64,000 nt of DNA from Candidatus Bathyarchaeota archaeon. Lineage in GTDB: Archaea; Thermoproteota; Bathyarchaeia; Bathyarchaeales; Bathycorpusculaceae. The stretch is taken from positions 480,001 to 544,000 of the forward strand of contig CAWHVC010000001.1 in the NCBI GenBank assembly GCA_963832745.1. Reading direction: 5' to 3'. This document shows, piece after piece, positions 19,335 to 28,177 of this stretch. The position numbers and the translations under genes were made by a program. Position 1 is the stretch's first letter; every line of letters starts with the position of its first letter. The notes under the pieces were generated by a model. The model made no database searches. It was not told the DNA's origin and worked only from the letters and a program-made list of their open reading frames with translations.

Positions 19335-21092
19335 TTAAGTTACAGGTCGAACTTGGATTTTATCGTTGTCGTTGAGATTACTAGGGTATACATTGGTGGA
19401 AAGGTTGTTAGTTGCGAGGAAAAAATCCTGATTGTTCTTAATTGGGCTTGAAATATTAAAATCGACTTTTAATCCTGTTCCACCCGTTGACCCTAATTTT
19501 GATACATATAGATTAACTAATGCCATTCCTCCTAGAGAACTATTACCCGTTTCGTAAGTGCCTATTTTTCGCAGATATACACCTATAGAGTCAGAATATT
19601 GAAGCCAAATGTTTGCCTTTATAAATGAACTATACGTTGTAATATTATTATATTCTTTGTTGGCTTGGGTTTCTATTTTTGGTTCCAAATCAATGCCTAT
19701 ACAGTTTGCCGCGTTGTTAAGTAGTATTCCAACGTCCTCTATATGGGTGTAAGCAAAGCTGTTTTGATCACCATTGGTATTTTCAAAGTAAATCCCTTTA
19801 TTCACATTTGATATTCTTACGTGTGTGATATTTGTTAGTTCAGTCCAACGATTGGTTGAGTTTTTAAGATGGATCCCTATATTGCAGTTATTGATCGAAA
19901 CGTTCCTAATTTGACAATGGCAGGTGCCATTAATGAGAATTCCCGTGTTAGTTCCATTTCCTTGCAAAATGATATTTTCAATCAATGGCGATTCGAGTTC
20001 ATCAATTTCTTCGTTATAATCAGGGCGATTTACAATGATTATAGGTTTGTCTCCTGAAGAAGATATTACCGTATTCTTACTTCCATACCCCGTTAATCGA
20101 GAAAAGTTGCTTATCTCGATTGATCCCCAGTCTCCATGTTGTGGTTCTTGGTTGACATATTTTCGTACTAATCCGTAATCGCTTGTTGTGCCTGTTTGTT
20201 CCATAACAACGGCAGTGTCGAAATGTATTCTAGAAATGTTACCGTTTCCACCACTTGATTGGTTTATTTCTATGTAGTCCCAACATCCGTTCATCCAATT
20301 GGCAATCCACGCGTCTCTAAGGAGTAAGAAGATTGTTACATACTCGTTTTGTGCAGCGCTAACGTCAATGTAATGATCCTGTAAGTCTGGACCCCAAGTG
20401 TAATTGAATGTTTTATCGCAATTATAGAGTAAACCTGCGCCTTTAGTTAGTGGCCAGTTATATGGAAAATCAGCAGTGTTTGATCTTAAGTAAACGCCAT
20501 CGTATATTCGAACACACCATTCGTAAGAATCTTCAAAATAGTTCCAATCACCTTTCCATGACCAACGTAAATATTTGCCGTTGATCCATGATTTTGGAAC
20601 TACCATAAAGGCCCATCCAAATCCAAGACCATTCAAGGGGGAACTCATTTTTAGCCAAGTTGATTGATCAATCGAGAATGTGATGTCAGGGTTGTAACTA
20701 GGAACTACTTTATGTTCACGTAATTGTACAATTCCTGTTGTAAATTGATTGCCTTCTGATGTTGCAGATGGATTGTTATAGTAAACAAATATTGTTTGAT
20801 TTGTACTCGATAAATCGCCAGATACTTTAACCCAGAATGTTGCTTGGGTAGCAGTTGATACACTTTCCATATAATAAGGAAGTAACGTGGTTCCGTCGTC
20901 AGATGTAAAACGTATGTCAGTAAAATCAGTTTTGCAAAATCCGTTCATATTAACGATGTTTCCAGAATCTGAACCGCTATTGTAGTTGACCATTATTTTG
21001 ACCTGATATCCGTTGCCTGCTCCGGGTGAACTTTGAATAACATGGCTCTTTCTACAGCCCCATGCTTTGTCATACCAATCACTATTTACCAT
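19335..21092 (-). CDS. DUF2341-domain protein fused to a C-terminal beta-helix domain
   Basis: WYDKAWGCRKSH, DFTDIRFTSDDG, FWVKV, IFVYYNNPSA and VRKYVNQEP are DUF2341-type motifs. The C-terminus (IENIILQG, CQIRNVSI, FIKANIW) is paralogous to the two downstream genes. Start placed at ATG 21092 by SD GGAGG. Confidence 0.8.
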   Translation of the reverse strand: MVNSDWYDKAWGCRKSHVIQSSPGAGNGYQVKIMVNYNSGSDSGNIVNMNGFCKTDFTDIRFTSDDGTTLLPYYMESVSTATQATFWVKVSGDLSSTNQTIFVYYNNPSATSEGNQFTTGIVQLREHKVVPSYNPDITFSIDQSTWLKMSSPLNGLGFGWAFMVVPKSWINGKYLRWSWKGDWNYFEDSYEWCVRIYDGVYLRSNTADFPYNWPLTKGAGLLYNCDKTFNYTWGPDLQDHYIDVSAAQNEYVTIFLLLRDAWIANWMNGCWDYIEINQSSGGNGNISRIHFDTAVVMEQTGTTSDYGLVRKYVNQEPQHGDWGSIEISNFSRLTGYGSKNTVISSSGDKPIIIVNRPDYNEEIDELESPLIENIILQGNGTNTGILINGTCHCQIRNVSINNCNIGIHLKNSTNRWTELTNITHVRISNVNKGIYFENTNGDQNSFAYTHIEDVGILLNNAANCIGIDLEPKIETQANKEYNNITTYSSFIKANIWLQYSDSIGVYLRKIGTYETGNSSLGGMALVNLYVSKLGSTGGTGLKVDFNISSPIKNNQDFFLATNNLSTNVYPSNLNDNDKIQVRPVT

Positions 21093-21134
21093 TTTTTTTC
21101 CTCCATTTTCAAGGCTATCATTCCCTGTAGTAAG

Positions 21135-21164
21135 CATTAAGGAAGACGAAAAAATACTGAAATA
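21135..21164 (-). promoter_or_regulatory. Shared operator+TATA motif, copy 3
   Basis: Minus strand TATTTCAGTATTTTTTCGTCTTCCTTAATG, about 43 nt upstream of ATG 21092. Confidence 0.7.
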
Positions 21165-21215
21165 CATCTTGAACTATAATGGCCTATATATATACATCAC
21201 TTTTACTTACCTCTC

Positions 21216-21245
21216 CATTTACGAAATTATTCGTTTGATTTAAAG
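21216..21245 (+). promoter_or_regulatory. Shared operator+TATA motif, copy 4, upstream of the wHTH gene
   Basis: CATTTACGAAATTATTCGTTTGATTTAAAG contains the palindrome ACGAA-N4-TTCGT at the same spacing to TTTAA. Confidence 0.65.
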
Positions 21246-21286
21246 GCTTTTTACTACATTTTGTAACTAAATTGGAGGACTGTGGC

Positions 21287-21625
21287 GTGAATCTCGAAAA
21301 AGTATTGACCTCATCTTGTAGACAAAAGATATTGAAAGAACTTTCAATTTCAAAAAGTATCCATGTGATGGGACTAGTAAGAAAAATTAATAGTACCTAT
21401 ATTGAAGTAAATAGAAATTTGAAAATTCTGGAAAAAGAGGGCGTATTAACTGATAGGCGTGTTGGGCGTATGCGTATGCTTAGATTAAATTATGATAATC
21501 CTAAGACTGTTTTGTTATTACAAGCTCTTAAAATATTAAATTCGCCTATAGCTTCAACTGATTTGCCTGTGAAGCCAATTAAATTTGATGACCCTTGCCT
21601 AAATAATTTAAAAAAGAGGCTTTAA
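21287..21625 (+). CDS. ArsR-like winged-helix transcription regulator
   Basis: SSCRQKILKEL...LVRKINSTYIEVNRNLKILEKEGVL...RVGRMRM. GTG 21287 follows SD GGAGG; the ORF track starts at 21272. Confidence 0.8.
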   Translation: MNLEKVLTSSCRQKILKELSISKSIHVMGLVRKINSTYIEVNRNLKILEKEGVLTDRRVGRMRMLRLNYDNPKTVLLLQALKILNSPIASTDLPVKPIKFDDPCLNNLKKRL

Positions 21626-21717
21626 TCAAAAAGGTGTTTAATTTAATGAAAAAGGTTAATTCATTTCAGAAGTTAGGCTGTTTAATCTCTGGAAGTTTGC
21701 ATTTGATCAATATTTGT

Positions 21718-21912
21718 ATGGCTTCAGGTCAATCAGACTGCAGTAAACGAAACGTGCTCGTTGACCAAATCATTGATAGCGTGATTGTAGGGGGGATAAC
21801 CGGTGTTTCTACTTATGTCGCTGCAGGAGAAACGATTTCGATTAATTCTGCCATTCTGGCATTTACTCTTACATTTCTTATAAAAATGAAGGAGTATCGA
21901 AAAATAAAATAG
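21718..21912 (+). CDS. Small membrane protein, holin-like architecture (64 aa)
   Basis: Two moderately hydrophobic segments and a strongly basic C-tail (KMKEYRKIK). ATG 21718 chosen; the ORF track starts at 21634. Confidence 0.55.
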   Translation: MASGQSDCSKRNVLVDQIIDSVIVGGITGVSTYVAAGETISINSAILAFTLTFLIKMKEYRKIK

Positions 21913-22279
21913 TTGATAGCTTCAAAATTGAGGTCTTTTTATGGGTGTTTTAAAACGGTTGTATGAACTCATTAGACGGCATGTTAGAGAGGTCGCAATA
22001 GGTTAAGCGCCCTATGCCCCTTTATTTTTTTATTTTATTCATTTTTAGTCATCCTTTTTTTACATGTCAACGTTATTTAACTGTTAACCTAAACCTTGAA
22101 TAACTCCATACTCCCCCTTTTTTAATCTTTTTTGTTTTAACTTTAAATTAGAGTTTTAGACAAATTTCAAAATTGTTACCTTATCATTTTACAAAAAATT
22201 GGTTAAAAGGTTCTTGCTTGCCTTTTAAGCCTAAGTCCTTAATATTTACTAACCTATTTGAAAATTGCTTGTTCCAACA

Positions 22280-22885
22280 TCAATCAACCGCTTCATCATT
22301 TATGAAGCGGAAGTATGTTTCGTTTCCGAAGGTGCTTCCATAAATATATTCGCCAGAGCTAATGCTTTTGAGTTGCATTTCTTGATTTAATTTCAATGAT
22401 TCCGCGTGTCCTGTACCTTCTGCTGATGCAAATGAGGCGCCTAAATGGTACTGAAAAGGGTGAGCATTTAATCCACCTATATTCGATTCAGTCAAGCCCA
22501 TGTTTTCTGTGAATGCTACTAACTTAGAGGTATGAGGGTAGAACCAGTAGGCATTGCTTTCGGAAAAAGTACGTTGATATGAAAAAACTTCGAGGTTTGT
22601 TTGGAATATTTGTATGTCAGTAAGGCGCAAAGTGGCATCAGATGGGTTGGTTATGTTTACAACAAATACATATGAAAGTATGCTACGGAAGGCTACCCCT
22701 GAAGCTTCTGAAGTATTATAAACTTTAAAGTACGCTTGCACTAAAGTGGCATCAATAGGGTATGAAGTGTCAGCGTTTGTCATTGTACCAAAATCAGACT
22801 GGAAAGAAACGAATCCAATTAAGATGCCCACTATAAACGCTGTGCAAATAATTATTATCAATTTCCTTTTAACCATAATTTGCAC
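22280..22885 (-). CDS. N-terminally anchored/secreted hypothetical protein
   Basis: KRK plus hydrophobic helix, then a beta-rich domain with VNITNPS. Confidence 0.7.
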   Translation of the reverse strand: MQIMVKRKLIIIICTAFIVGILIGFVSFQSDFGTMTNADTSYPIDATLVQAYFKVYNTSEASGVAFRSILSYVFVVNITNPSDATLRLTDIQIFQTNLEVFSYQRTFSESNAYWFYPHTSKLVAFTENMGLTESNIGGLNAHPFQYHLGASFASAEGTGHAESLKLNQEMQLKSISSGEYIYGSTFGNETYFRFINDEAVD

Positions 22886-23048
22886 CCCACGTTAACATAC
22901 AACCTATTGTTTTTTATATTTACATTGAAACCGAATGTTCTAAATCTAATAATAGTCTGAAAATTTTGGATAAAGAATTTGTGACTGTATTTGGCTAGTC
23001 ACAAGTGTATATATTTTTTCTCTGCAGCCTAAATGGTAAGGTGCGTGG

Positions 23049-23192
23049 ATGGAGATACCTGAAACCCGAAAAATCAAAAAATTAAGCTCAGACGAAAAGT
23101 TTGGAAGTATAGCTTATTCCCTCAGAGACGTGCCTATTGAGCAAAGGCGCAAAGAAGCAGACAAACCCCTGTACCTTACCCGATACGAGTAA
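23049..23192 (+). CDS. Small hypothetical protein (47 aa)
   Basis: Not in the ORF track. MEIPETRKIKKLSSDEKFGSIAYSLRDVPIEQRRKEADKPLYLTRYE*; SD AGGTG upstream, T-rich tract after. Confidence 0.55.
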   Translation: MEIPETRKIKKLSSDEKFGSIAYSLRDVPIEQRRKEADKPLYLTRYE

Positions 23193-23268
23193 CATTTTTC
23201 TCTTTTGCAAGTTTAAAGCGTAACCAAAATAAGCTTGAAGCATCGGTTATGCTATGCATTGATGCATT

Positions 23269-24003
23269 ATGTCAGGCACCGAAACGCTTGTTCCATTCAT
23301 TGGCGACAAAAAGAAAGGCGAAGAACCAACAATCATCATTGACAGTCGCGAAGCCAGTAGCGCACAAAAAATCGTCAAAGGCTTAATCGAAAAAAACGTA
23401 ACAATCAAAACTCAAATGCTTGAGAAAGGCGACTACATCATCTCCGACGAATGTGCTGTTGAAAGAAAAACCGTTAACGACTTCGTTTACACCCTGACAA
23501 GACGTTACCTGTTTGAACAACTTTTTCTCTTAAAAGATGTTTATCCAAAAGCCTTGCTTGTTCTTGAAGGCTACCTGCCAATCATTTACAAGTACAGCAG
23601 TATTCAGCCTCAAGCCGTATGGGGCGCAATGTTCAATTTGGCAAAAAACGGCATCGCCATAGTCAACACAGCTTCTCATAAAGAAACCGTGGACTTCCTT
23701 TACACTGCGGCTAAACAGGAACAGATAGTTGAAAAACGCAGCGCCGTCGTGCATGCTTTCAAAAAATGCGAGACTTTGGCGGATTCTCAAATTTACTTTG
23801 TAGCTAGCTTGCCAAATATTGGTAGAGAGAAGGCTACGGCTATTTTGGGTGCTTACCAAACGCCGATTAATGCGTTGATGAATGTAGAACACTGGTCTAA
23901 GACTGTTAATGGTTTGGGTCCTGTAATTACTAATAAGGTGAAAGAGGTTGTTTCTACGCCTTATAAGGAAGCGAAACAGCAGCAGGATTGTAAAACTGAA
24001 TAA
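23269..24003 (+). CDS. xpf: Short XPF/ERCC4 structure-specific endonuclease
   Basis: IIIDSRE, GDYIIS, AVERKT and (HhH)2 LPNIG/VNGLG. No helicase domain (crenarchaeal-type). Confidence 0.9.
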   Translation: MSGTETLVPFIGDKKKGEEPTIIIDSREASSAQKIVKGLIEKNVTIKTQMLEKGDYIISDECAVERKTVNDFVYTLTRRYLFEQLFLLKDVYPKALLVLEGYLPIIYKYSSIQPQAVWGAMFNLAKNGIAIVNTASHKETVDFLYTAAKQEQIVEKRSAVVHAFKKCETLADSQIYFVASLPNIGREKATAILGAYQTPINALMNVEHWSKTVNGLGPVITNKVKEVVSTPYKEAKQQQDCKTE

Positions 24004-24045
24004 ATACTGCATCTCCATAAACCATAAAAAGGCTAATGCCTACAG

Positions 24046-24669
24046 TTGCACAGTCCTTTGGTGAGAGAGCATACAATGAAAAAAGTAAAAATTTTACTTT
24101 CTATACTCTCCGTTATAATTATTGTTGCACCGATAGCTGCAGAAGTGCTTATCTATCAAAACAACTTGATAGGCTTAGTTATTCCACCCGAAATCACTAA
24201 CTTACTAAACGGTGACAATATTAGCGGCAACATAGGCACAGTCACCGGCGACATAGCTAGCACACCTTTCGAGCCACCAATGCTTGTAGGCGAACCACAA
24301 TATTTCCCTGAAAACCACACAGTCAAGTTTACCTATAACTTCACAAACCCATTAAGCACGGAAATTAAAGTAACCACTCTGCAAGCAGAAGTTGTCTGTC
24401 ATGAACATGGCTTCTCGCTTGGCAACGTTTCAATTGATCCAGCTACTTTGGAGCCAGGACAAACCATTGATATAACTGCTTTTGGTGTGCTTTCTGACGC
24501 CGCTTTGAAACACATTGCAACTCAGCATGCAGGGCAAAGCAGTATTAACGCTGATTTTAAAAATCTTGACGTTGAAATGGCTGGGGTAACAATTCAGATG
24601 GATCTGCAGCAGTATGTTGGTAATATTCCTATTCCGGTAGAGTACTTGCAATATTTGGGGTTGCAATAA
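24046..24669 (+). CDS. Membrane-anchored protein with LEA_2-like beta domain
   Basis: N-terminal TM helix, FTYNFTNPLS...LEPGQT. True start probably MKKVK. Confidence 0.65.
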   Translation: MHSPLVREHTMKKVKILLSILSVIIIVAPIAAEVLIYQNNLIGLVIPPEITNLLNGDNISGNIGTVTGDIASTPFEPPMLVGEPQYFPENHTVKFTYNFTNPLSTEIKVTTLQAEVVCHEHGFSLGNVSIDPATLEPGQTIDITAFGVLSDAALKHIATQHAGQSSINADFKNLDVEMAGVTIQMDLQQYVGNIPIPVEYLQYLGLQ

Positions 24670-24670
24670 A

Positions 24671-25240
24671 ATGATGCTTAGCCGTGTTAACTGGTTTGGC
24701 GTTGCAGGCGGCACATTAACTCTTCTGGTTATTGTGGTTTCAATGTATAATCCTTGGTGGCAGTTAACGATTGGTGAAAACCTAATGAAAGTTAACGCGT
24801 CTCCAATGAATACGAATTTCGGCTTACTGGGTACCCAATTCACGATACCTCTAATTTACGCACTTAACATCGGCAGCATTCTAACTTTCCTGTTCAGCGG
24901 CATCATCATGCTCATCTACTCTGTAATGCCAACCAAACCGTACGCTAAGGACCTGCTTGGGTTTGCATGGAAAAAACCCTTATACGCAATAATCTTCAGC
25001 GTCGTCGGCCTCGCCGTAATCATTCTTATCACGCAAGTTGTTCTGGGCATAAACATTCCACTTGTCGGCACCGGCACAGTTATTTTGCCCTCACAATTCA
25101 CTATGGGCGTTAACATTAGCGTGCTAGTATCTTCAGCCTTCCAGTGGCCCTTATATCTTGCAGCGGTTGCAGCTGGCTTATGCATAACCGCACGAATCTA
25201 CCACAGGAAAGTATCCCACCTCCCAGTAACGGCCGCGTAA
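24671..25240 (+). CDS. Hypothetical membrane protein (~4 TM)
   Basis: Four hydrophobic helices and a PWWQL motif; coupled to the upstream gene. Confidence 0.7.
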   Translation: MMLSRVNWFGVAGGTLTLLVIVVSMYNPWWQLTIGENLMKVNASPMNTNFGLLGTQFTIPLIYALNIGSILTFLFSGIIMLIYSVMPTKPYAKDLLGFAWKKPLYAIIFSVVGLAVIILITQVVLGINIPLVGTGTVILPSQFTMGVNISVLVSSAFQWPLYLAAVAAGLCITARIYHRKVSHLPVTAA

Positions 25241-25343
25241 ACATTAAAAACTAAACTTTTCTTCTCTTTTTTTAACCGCTAAGGTTTAAAGGCTAAAGCA
25301 GCATTAAACATTAAACCCGACAAACCGTGAGGCTTAAGATAAA

Positions 25344-25421
25344 GGGGCTGTCGGCTAGCTTGGTCCAGGCTTGTAGCCTCGGGCGCTATAGACGCCGGTT
25401 CAAATCCGGCCAGCCCCACCA
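25344..25421 (+). tRNA. tRNA-Pro (anticodon CGG), CCA encoded, no intron
   Basis: GGGGCTG...GTAGC CT CGG GC GCTAT...GGTTCAAATCC...CAGCCCC ACCA. Confidence 0.95.
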
Positions 25422-25511
25422 CTAAATACGTATTCGAATTTTATGTGTCTCTTGAGTTATGCCGTAAGTTTTTTAATTGATGCTTGACGTACCATTGTAG
25501 AGGACGAGCAG

Positions 25512-25844
25512 TTGCTGTTTAAACGCAAAAGTAAACTTGAAGTTGATTTAGGCGATTTAGAAAAAGAAAAAGAAAACCTGTCAAATTTTCTTCAGCAACA
25601 TCTCAAAGTTGAAGTTACCGTAAGTAGAGGCAATTTGGTTGTAGATGCTGAAAAAGTAGCGATAGGCGACCTGTTTCATGCAGTAAAAAAGTTTGTTTAT
25701 CATCGCGGCCTCAACAATACTCACTATGTTTCAGAGGAAGTTTCAAAAGTAAAAATTAGCCGTTTGAGAGGTCACGAGAAGAAGAAAGAAGACCATAAGA
25801 AAGAACCTGTACATCAAACGGAAGTCCAAACCTGGGGCCTTTAA
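25512..25844 (+). CDS. Ribosomal protein L22e (eL22)-like protein
   Basis: VDL...LSNFLQQHLKV...VKKFVYHRGL...V resembles eL22 (FLxxRIKV...KKYLKKxxL). Recognition by eye only. Confidence 0.5.
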   Translation: MLFKRKSKLEVDLGDLEKEKENLSNFLQQHLKVEVTVSRGNLVVDAEKVAIGDLFHAVKKFVYHRGLNNTHYVSEEVSKVKISRLRGHEKKKEDHKKEPVHQTEVQTWGL

Positions 25845-25858
25845 AGGCAAAAGGGCTT

Positions 25859-26398
25859 CTAACTTTTTTCCTCTTGTTTTTTGAGTAATCCTTTGGCTTT
25901 TTCTGTGTAAGGATTGGGGAACGCTTCGTTTGCCACCTTATTGCCTTCGTTAAAGAAGTCGTCTATTCCTTTACCCATTGCCTTGCCGCGTGCTGTGTGC
26001 TTGTCAAGTGCAAAGTCTGGAATCGGCAAAAACTTGCCGTCACGCTCCCTTTCGGTATAAATTATGTTTTGTAAGTCGTCGGTTATTCTGCTTTTTTGAC
26101 TACGACATAAGCACACTACAGCGTTCATCAGGTAAAGTTTGTAGTTGCTTTCGGCTAGTTTGGATTTTTCAGTCAGGTACTGTTTTTGCAAGTAATCGAC
26201 GAGCAGGGGCATGACGGGGTTTGCTGGACCGACGTCTTCAGATGCAATAATTTTCAGGCGATTCCAAAGCATGGTGGGGTTAAACTCTTCCAGTTCCACC
26301 GCAAAATGCGCTGCCTCGTACTCCATGTTTCGCCGTATACATTTCTGTAGGGCGCTGAGCAGTTCATAATGGTCGTAACCATGTTTAGTGGTAGCCAA
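25859..26398 (-). CDS. Stand-alone MgsA/RarA C-terminal-like domain protein
   Basis: HYELLSALQKCIRR and RLKIIASEDVGPANP match RarA YDxISAxxKSxRG / RLxxxASEDIGxAxP. No AAA+ domain. Confidence 0.75.
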   Translation of the reverse strand: MATTKHGYDHYELLSALQKCIRRNMEYEAAHFAVELEEFNPTMLWNRLKIIASEDVGPANPVMPLLVDYLQKQYLTEKSKLAESNYKLYLMNAVVCLCRSQKSRITDDLQNIIYTERERDGKFLPIPDFALDKHTARGKAMGKGIDDFFNEGNKVANEAFPNPYTEKAKGLLKKQEEKS

Positions 26399-26484
26399 TA
26401 TGTTTCACTTCTAACCGCAAAAAACCGCTAAGCTAACAAATAAGCTTTCGGTTCGCCTGTTAACTACGTTTAAAAAGGGCACGT

Positions 26485-26852
26485 TTACGTTTTATTTAAA
26501 GAATAATGTAGCTGAACAATGCCTGATTTGTAAGAAACAGTCTCCAAAAGCTCAAGCTTAATTTCCCTTTCTAAACTTGAAAACAAAGAGATGCCTTCTC
26601 CCAAAAGGGTTTGCACAATAAATACATGCATTTCGTCCAAAAGCGTTGAGTTTAGCAATCGTTCAGGATGTAAAAGAGACTGTATGTATGTTCTATCACC
26701 CATAATTGCTGTGTCAACTGTTTTAATAAAAACTGAATAGCCTAATCATCGCCGGCTTGGTATGTTTCCAGCCATGTTATGTCATAGTTTTTGTGTGCCA
26801 CGTACCCTTCAAGACTCATGGCGAAGTGCAAAAGAACTTTAGGGTCTGCCAT
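26485..26852 (-). pseudogene. Dihydrofolate reductase/RibD-C family pseudogene
   Basis: MADPKVLLHFAMSLEGYVA, 1-nt deletion at GDD(Y)GY, then VDTAIMGDRTY, an internal deletion, and LLDEMH...LLGEGISLF...SGIVQLHY. Confidence 0.75.
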
Positions 26853-26911
26853 AAGCTTAAAGAACAAAAACTAGGAAAAGAAGGTTTAGACTTATTGTTA
26901 AAAATATTTTC

Positions 26912-27175
26912 TTAGTTGTCCCACCAATGTTGACCAGATGGGATTAATGCGTTTGAAGAAATGAAGTAACGTTCGCTTTCTACAAGCAAGTTTAATTGAT
27001 GTTGGTTGACAAAATCAGTTATTAAAGCTAAATTGTCGTTGTTAACCAGACTCTGTTCAATAGTTAAAATAAACCCGTCATTTAATGTGTCAAGCATTTT
27101 AACGTCTAGATTGCAGCTTGAACATAATTTTCTTTTAAACAACATAGCGTCTGACATTTTCAAATCTTTTTTCAC
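26912..27175 (-). CDS. Small hypothetical protein with CxxC
   Basis: 87-aa ORF containing LCSSC; isolated, with plausible composition. Confidence 0.55.
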   Translation of the reverse strand: MKKDLKMSDAMLFKRKLCSSCNLDVKMLDTLNDGFILTIEQSLVNNDNLALITDFVNQHQLNLLVESERYFISSNALIPSGQHWWDN

Positions 27176-27349
27176 CCTTCCAAATTCAGGGGCTCAACTC
27201 TTGCCAAAATGTTTGGGCAGTGAACTCTAAACTCGGACATTAATATTGAACAGTTTTTAAACTCTTAAAGCTATGCCTAAACTATTTTGCAAATGAACCG
27301 TTAAATCTGCGTTTTATCCTTTGATTCCAAAAAATTGTTGATTGAATTT

Positions 27350-28093
27350 TTAAATTTGTAAAACAAAAATTTTTTTGACTACACCCACACCTTTTTGAGT
27401 TATGATATAGTCACCTTTGTTATTTTCCTGAACCACAAGCCCAGCATCCAAAAGCTTTTTGATGTGAAACAGTAAATGCCCTCCTTTTAGACCAGTTATT
27501 TGAGCTATTTTTGAAAAACTTTTTCTTCCTTCAAATGTGCTGATTAAAATTTTGAGTCTTGCAGAGTTAGCTAACGGTTCAAGTACTTCTTCAACAAGAC
27601 GGTCAATGTTTAGTTCTTTGTTGTCTTTGTTCTCGGTTTTTTCTACAAGCACTATTGTTTGGAAAGCTCTTTTTTCGCGACGGAGCTTTTTCTGGAAGTC
27701 TTTGTGGCAAACTTCGCAGGGTGAGCCTTTGGCTTTTTGGATTACTTGCTCCATTTTTTCGATTTTGGTATCTAAGTCGTTTATGGCTTCTTTGATTTTT
27801 AGGTTTTTGATTATTTGGAGGTTTTCTGTTGCCATTTTTTTGAAGAGTTCGAGGCAGTGGTCGTGGTTTTTGCATTTGGCGTCTGGGATTTTTTGTATAT
27901 CTTCGTCGAGTTCGTCTTGGAGTTGTCCAGCGTAGAGTAGAAGACGGTTTTGGGTTAGGGCATCTTCTACGGATTTTATTCTTTCTTTTAGTACTGAATC
28001 TTCGAGCCTGTTTAGTTCGATGCGTAGGTTTTTGATTTCTTGTTTTAGTTCTTGTAGGGCGTTTGTGAGGGGTGGTTTTGGTTGGTCTTGCAT
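27350..28093 (-). CDS. ArsR-family wHTH regulator with Cys-containing helical N-terminal domain
   Basis: C-terminal EPLANSARLKIL...TGLKGGHLLFHIKKL...YIITQKG. N-terminal coiled coil with CKNHDHC and CEVC. Confidence 0.85.
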   Translation of the reverse strand: MQDQPKPPLTNALQELKQEIKNLRIELNRLEDSVLKERIKSVEDALTQNRLLLYAGQLQDELDEDIQKIPDAKCKNHDHCLELFKKMATENLQIIKNLKIKEAINDLDTKIEKMEQVIQKAKGSPCEVCHKDFQKKLRREKRAFQTIVLVEKTENKDNKELNIDRLVEEVLEPLANSARLKILISTFEGRKSFSKIAQITGLKGGHLLFHIKKLLDAGLVVQENNKGDYIITQKGVGVVKKIFVLQI

Positions 28094-28177
28094 GGTGTTG
28101 CGCCTTTCAGTTTGGTCTATTTTTGTTACCTAAAACTATATAAAAATATCTGATCAAATTGTTAAACAGGGACAAAC

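Noticed and set aside
15590-21167. Diversity-generating retroelement as the source of the beta-helix paralogs
   Set aside because: No reverse transcriptase and no near-identical TR/VR pair differing only at adenines; the paralogs are diverged throughout.
21093-21167. N-terminal extension of the DUF2341 ORF as a signal peptide
   Set aside because: It overlaps the conserved promoter motif and SD, so the true start is ATG 21092.
15419-22885. Intact provirus
   Set aside because: No recognisable integrase, capsid, portal, terminase or att repeats.
5280-25421. tRNA-targeted integration (att duplicates of tRNA-Ala or tRNA-Pro 3' ends)
   Set aside because: No second copy of either tRNA 3' end was spotted in the window.
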